Shown here: positions 62,502 through 64,000 of the stretch, in pieces | Layout: the number at the start of each line of letters is the position of its first letter | Numbering within the stretch: position 1 is the stretch's first letter | NCBI GenBank assembly: GCA_029717555.1 | Contig: JAMDHS010000061.1 | Span: forward strand, 62,001 to 126,000 | Direction: 5' to 3' | Length of the DNA: 64,000 bases | Source of the DNA: Peribolospora baueri | Lineage: Eukaryota | Position numbers and translations under genes: made by a program | The notes under the pieces: model-generated | Database searches by the model: none | The model's input: only the letters and a program-made list of their open reading frames with translations | Told to the model about the DNA's origin: nothing

Positions 62502-64000
62502 ATGTTCTTCTCCAACGACCTCCTCGCAAGAAGCAAGGGCGGCCTCGGCATCGTCTGGTGAGACGAGTCGCACTTCATTTCACTTCGTCTCTTCACCCAT
62601 CCTCCACTGCGCTCACTCCCCCCACCCCCGCCCTCAGGCTAGCGGCGACGATAGGCAGCAGGAACGCGTTCCGCAAGCTGAGCAAGAAGGAAGTGTTGAA
62701 CTGTGACCTTTCTAAGGCTTGGTCAGTCGCCGGTCCCTTTCTCGCTTCGCTTGACCCACCGAACGCCGTATCCACCCTTCATCCTCTTTCCCCCATCCCG
62801 CCCACAGCGAGAAGCTCGCCTCTCCGCCCGAACCCATGGCCCTCCGCTTGTCCAGCAACCTCATGTGGGGTATCGCCAGGATCTATTCGCAACAGGTGAG
62901 CGCCATCCCCGTGGCCCACGGTAATATGCTCGTCCTCGACCGGCGAGTATACCGACAAGTCCAAGCTCCTGTCCTGCGTCCAAACGCGCTCACGTCTGCC
63001 GTCTGCCCCTACGCTCACAAGTGGGAGCTGTACTACGTCGAAGTGAACAACTGCTTCGTCACGCTGCGCAAGGCGATCAGCGATATCCATGATGCCACCA
63101 CGAAAAAAGTCTCCGAGTCGATCGATATGCCTAGACGGCCCGCCAGGTGAGAGGGAAATCGCAAAGCGGCTGACCTCGGCCGGTCGCCTTGCCCAAGCGC
63201 TGACCGAAACGGACCGATCCGTGTATGCGCATATCCAGGCCCGAGGCCATCACGATGGCAGCCAACTCGATTGCAGAATTCGGTGTCGACTTTAACTGGG
63301 TGAGTGAGCCCATCGTCTGGCCGAGCTCCGACACCCAAGTGCTGAGACTGATTCACTCCTTCCTCGGCTTTCCCGGGTCCCGTTGACGCCAAGGACATGA
63401 ACGATGTCGGCAGAGGGCTCGACAAGGAGCATGTCGATATGGGAAGCGGTTTTGGCAGCAGCAGCAGAGACGGTCGGTATTTAGTATCAATCGACCGCAA
63501 AAAGCCAAGCGCGTGAGCTCGCTGACACTTCCCGTGCCGTCGCCTGGCTCAGTGTCCGCGAAGCCCAGCTCGCTTATCGCAGATCGGAGCAAGATCACGC
63601 TGCCCGAGCGTGACATGGATTTCTTCGGCGACGTCGAAGGAGACATCTTCGACGCCACGTATGGTCTCCAAGGTGAAAGCTTCGAGCCTATCGACCTCGG
63701 CTTCGACTTCGGCGACGACCGTGGAGTCGAACCCGGAGCGTCCAGTACCCCGCCTGAAGGCGTTGGCTTTGGTCGCGACTTCTCATCGCCCATCGGCGCT
63801 GAGCCCGGCATGAGGCAGAGAGGACGAAGCAGCGTCGTCGCCCCCGAGACCGGGGGTGACGTGGGCGTTGACATTGACCATCACTTTGGCCTCGAGGAAC
63901 CTCACCGGGACCTGCGGTGAGCGATCCGGACCGGGGGCACGTCAGAGCCGGCCTTCAGCTGACTCGACCGATCGACCTCCGTTCACCGTTCCGCAGCGGC
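62502..64000 (+). CDS. REC8: Rec8/Rad21 kleisin, Rec8-like (runs off the window)
   Basis: Spliced MFFSNDLLARSKGGLGIVW|LAATIGSRNAFRKLSKKEVLNCDLSKAC|EKLASPPEPMALRLSSNLMWGIARIYSQQ is the Rad21/Rec8 N-terminal domain; the LRLSSNLM variant is typical of Rec8. Confidence 0.85.

Overview
GC-rich, intron-dense eukaryotic DNA, most likely from a basidiomycete fungus (GT-AG introns of about 60-150 nt with CTRAC branch points). I can reconstruct about 18 spliced genes: an Erf2-like DHHC palmitoyltransferase (5' end outside the window), a SCY1-like pseudokinase, two convergent sugar-porter paralogs, an amidase, a Dus1-like tRNA dihydrouridine synthase, an omega-class GST (Ecm4/Gto type), an HSL-type alpha/beta hydrolase, a DUF2156 aminoacyl-tRNA transferase, an SPX-domain Pho87/90/91 phosphate transporter, a PPZ phosphatase, an LYR protein, a possible Rrn9-like protein, a disordered protein with an eIF4E-binding motif, the complex I 75-kDa subunit, an FMO-like flavoprotein, a DUF4203-like membrane protein and Rec8 (3' end outside the window). 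Three things stand out. (1) An ErdS-type DUF2156 transferase lacks the usual AspRS domain but sits head-to-head with an ErdH-like hydrolase, making it a candidate tRNA-dependent sterol aminoacylation/deacylation module. (2) The 3.6-kb spacer between the inverted transporter paralogs holds retroelement debris, including a perfect 186-bp inverted repeat built from a gag relic and two more long hairpins. (3) Several predicted microexons, one only 2 nt long. All family assignments come from motif recognition by eye; no database searches were run, and exon boundaries are predictions.
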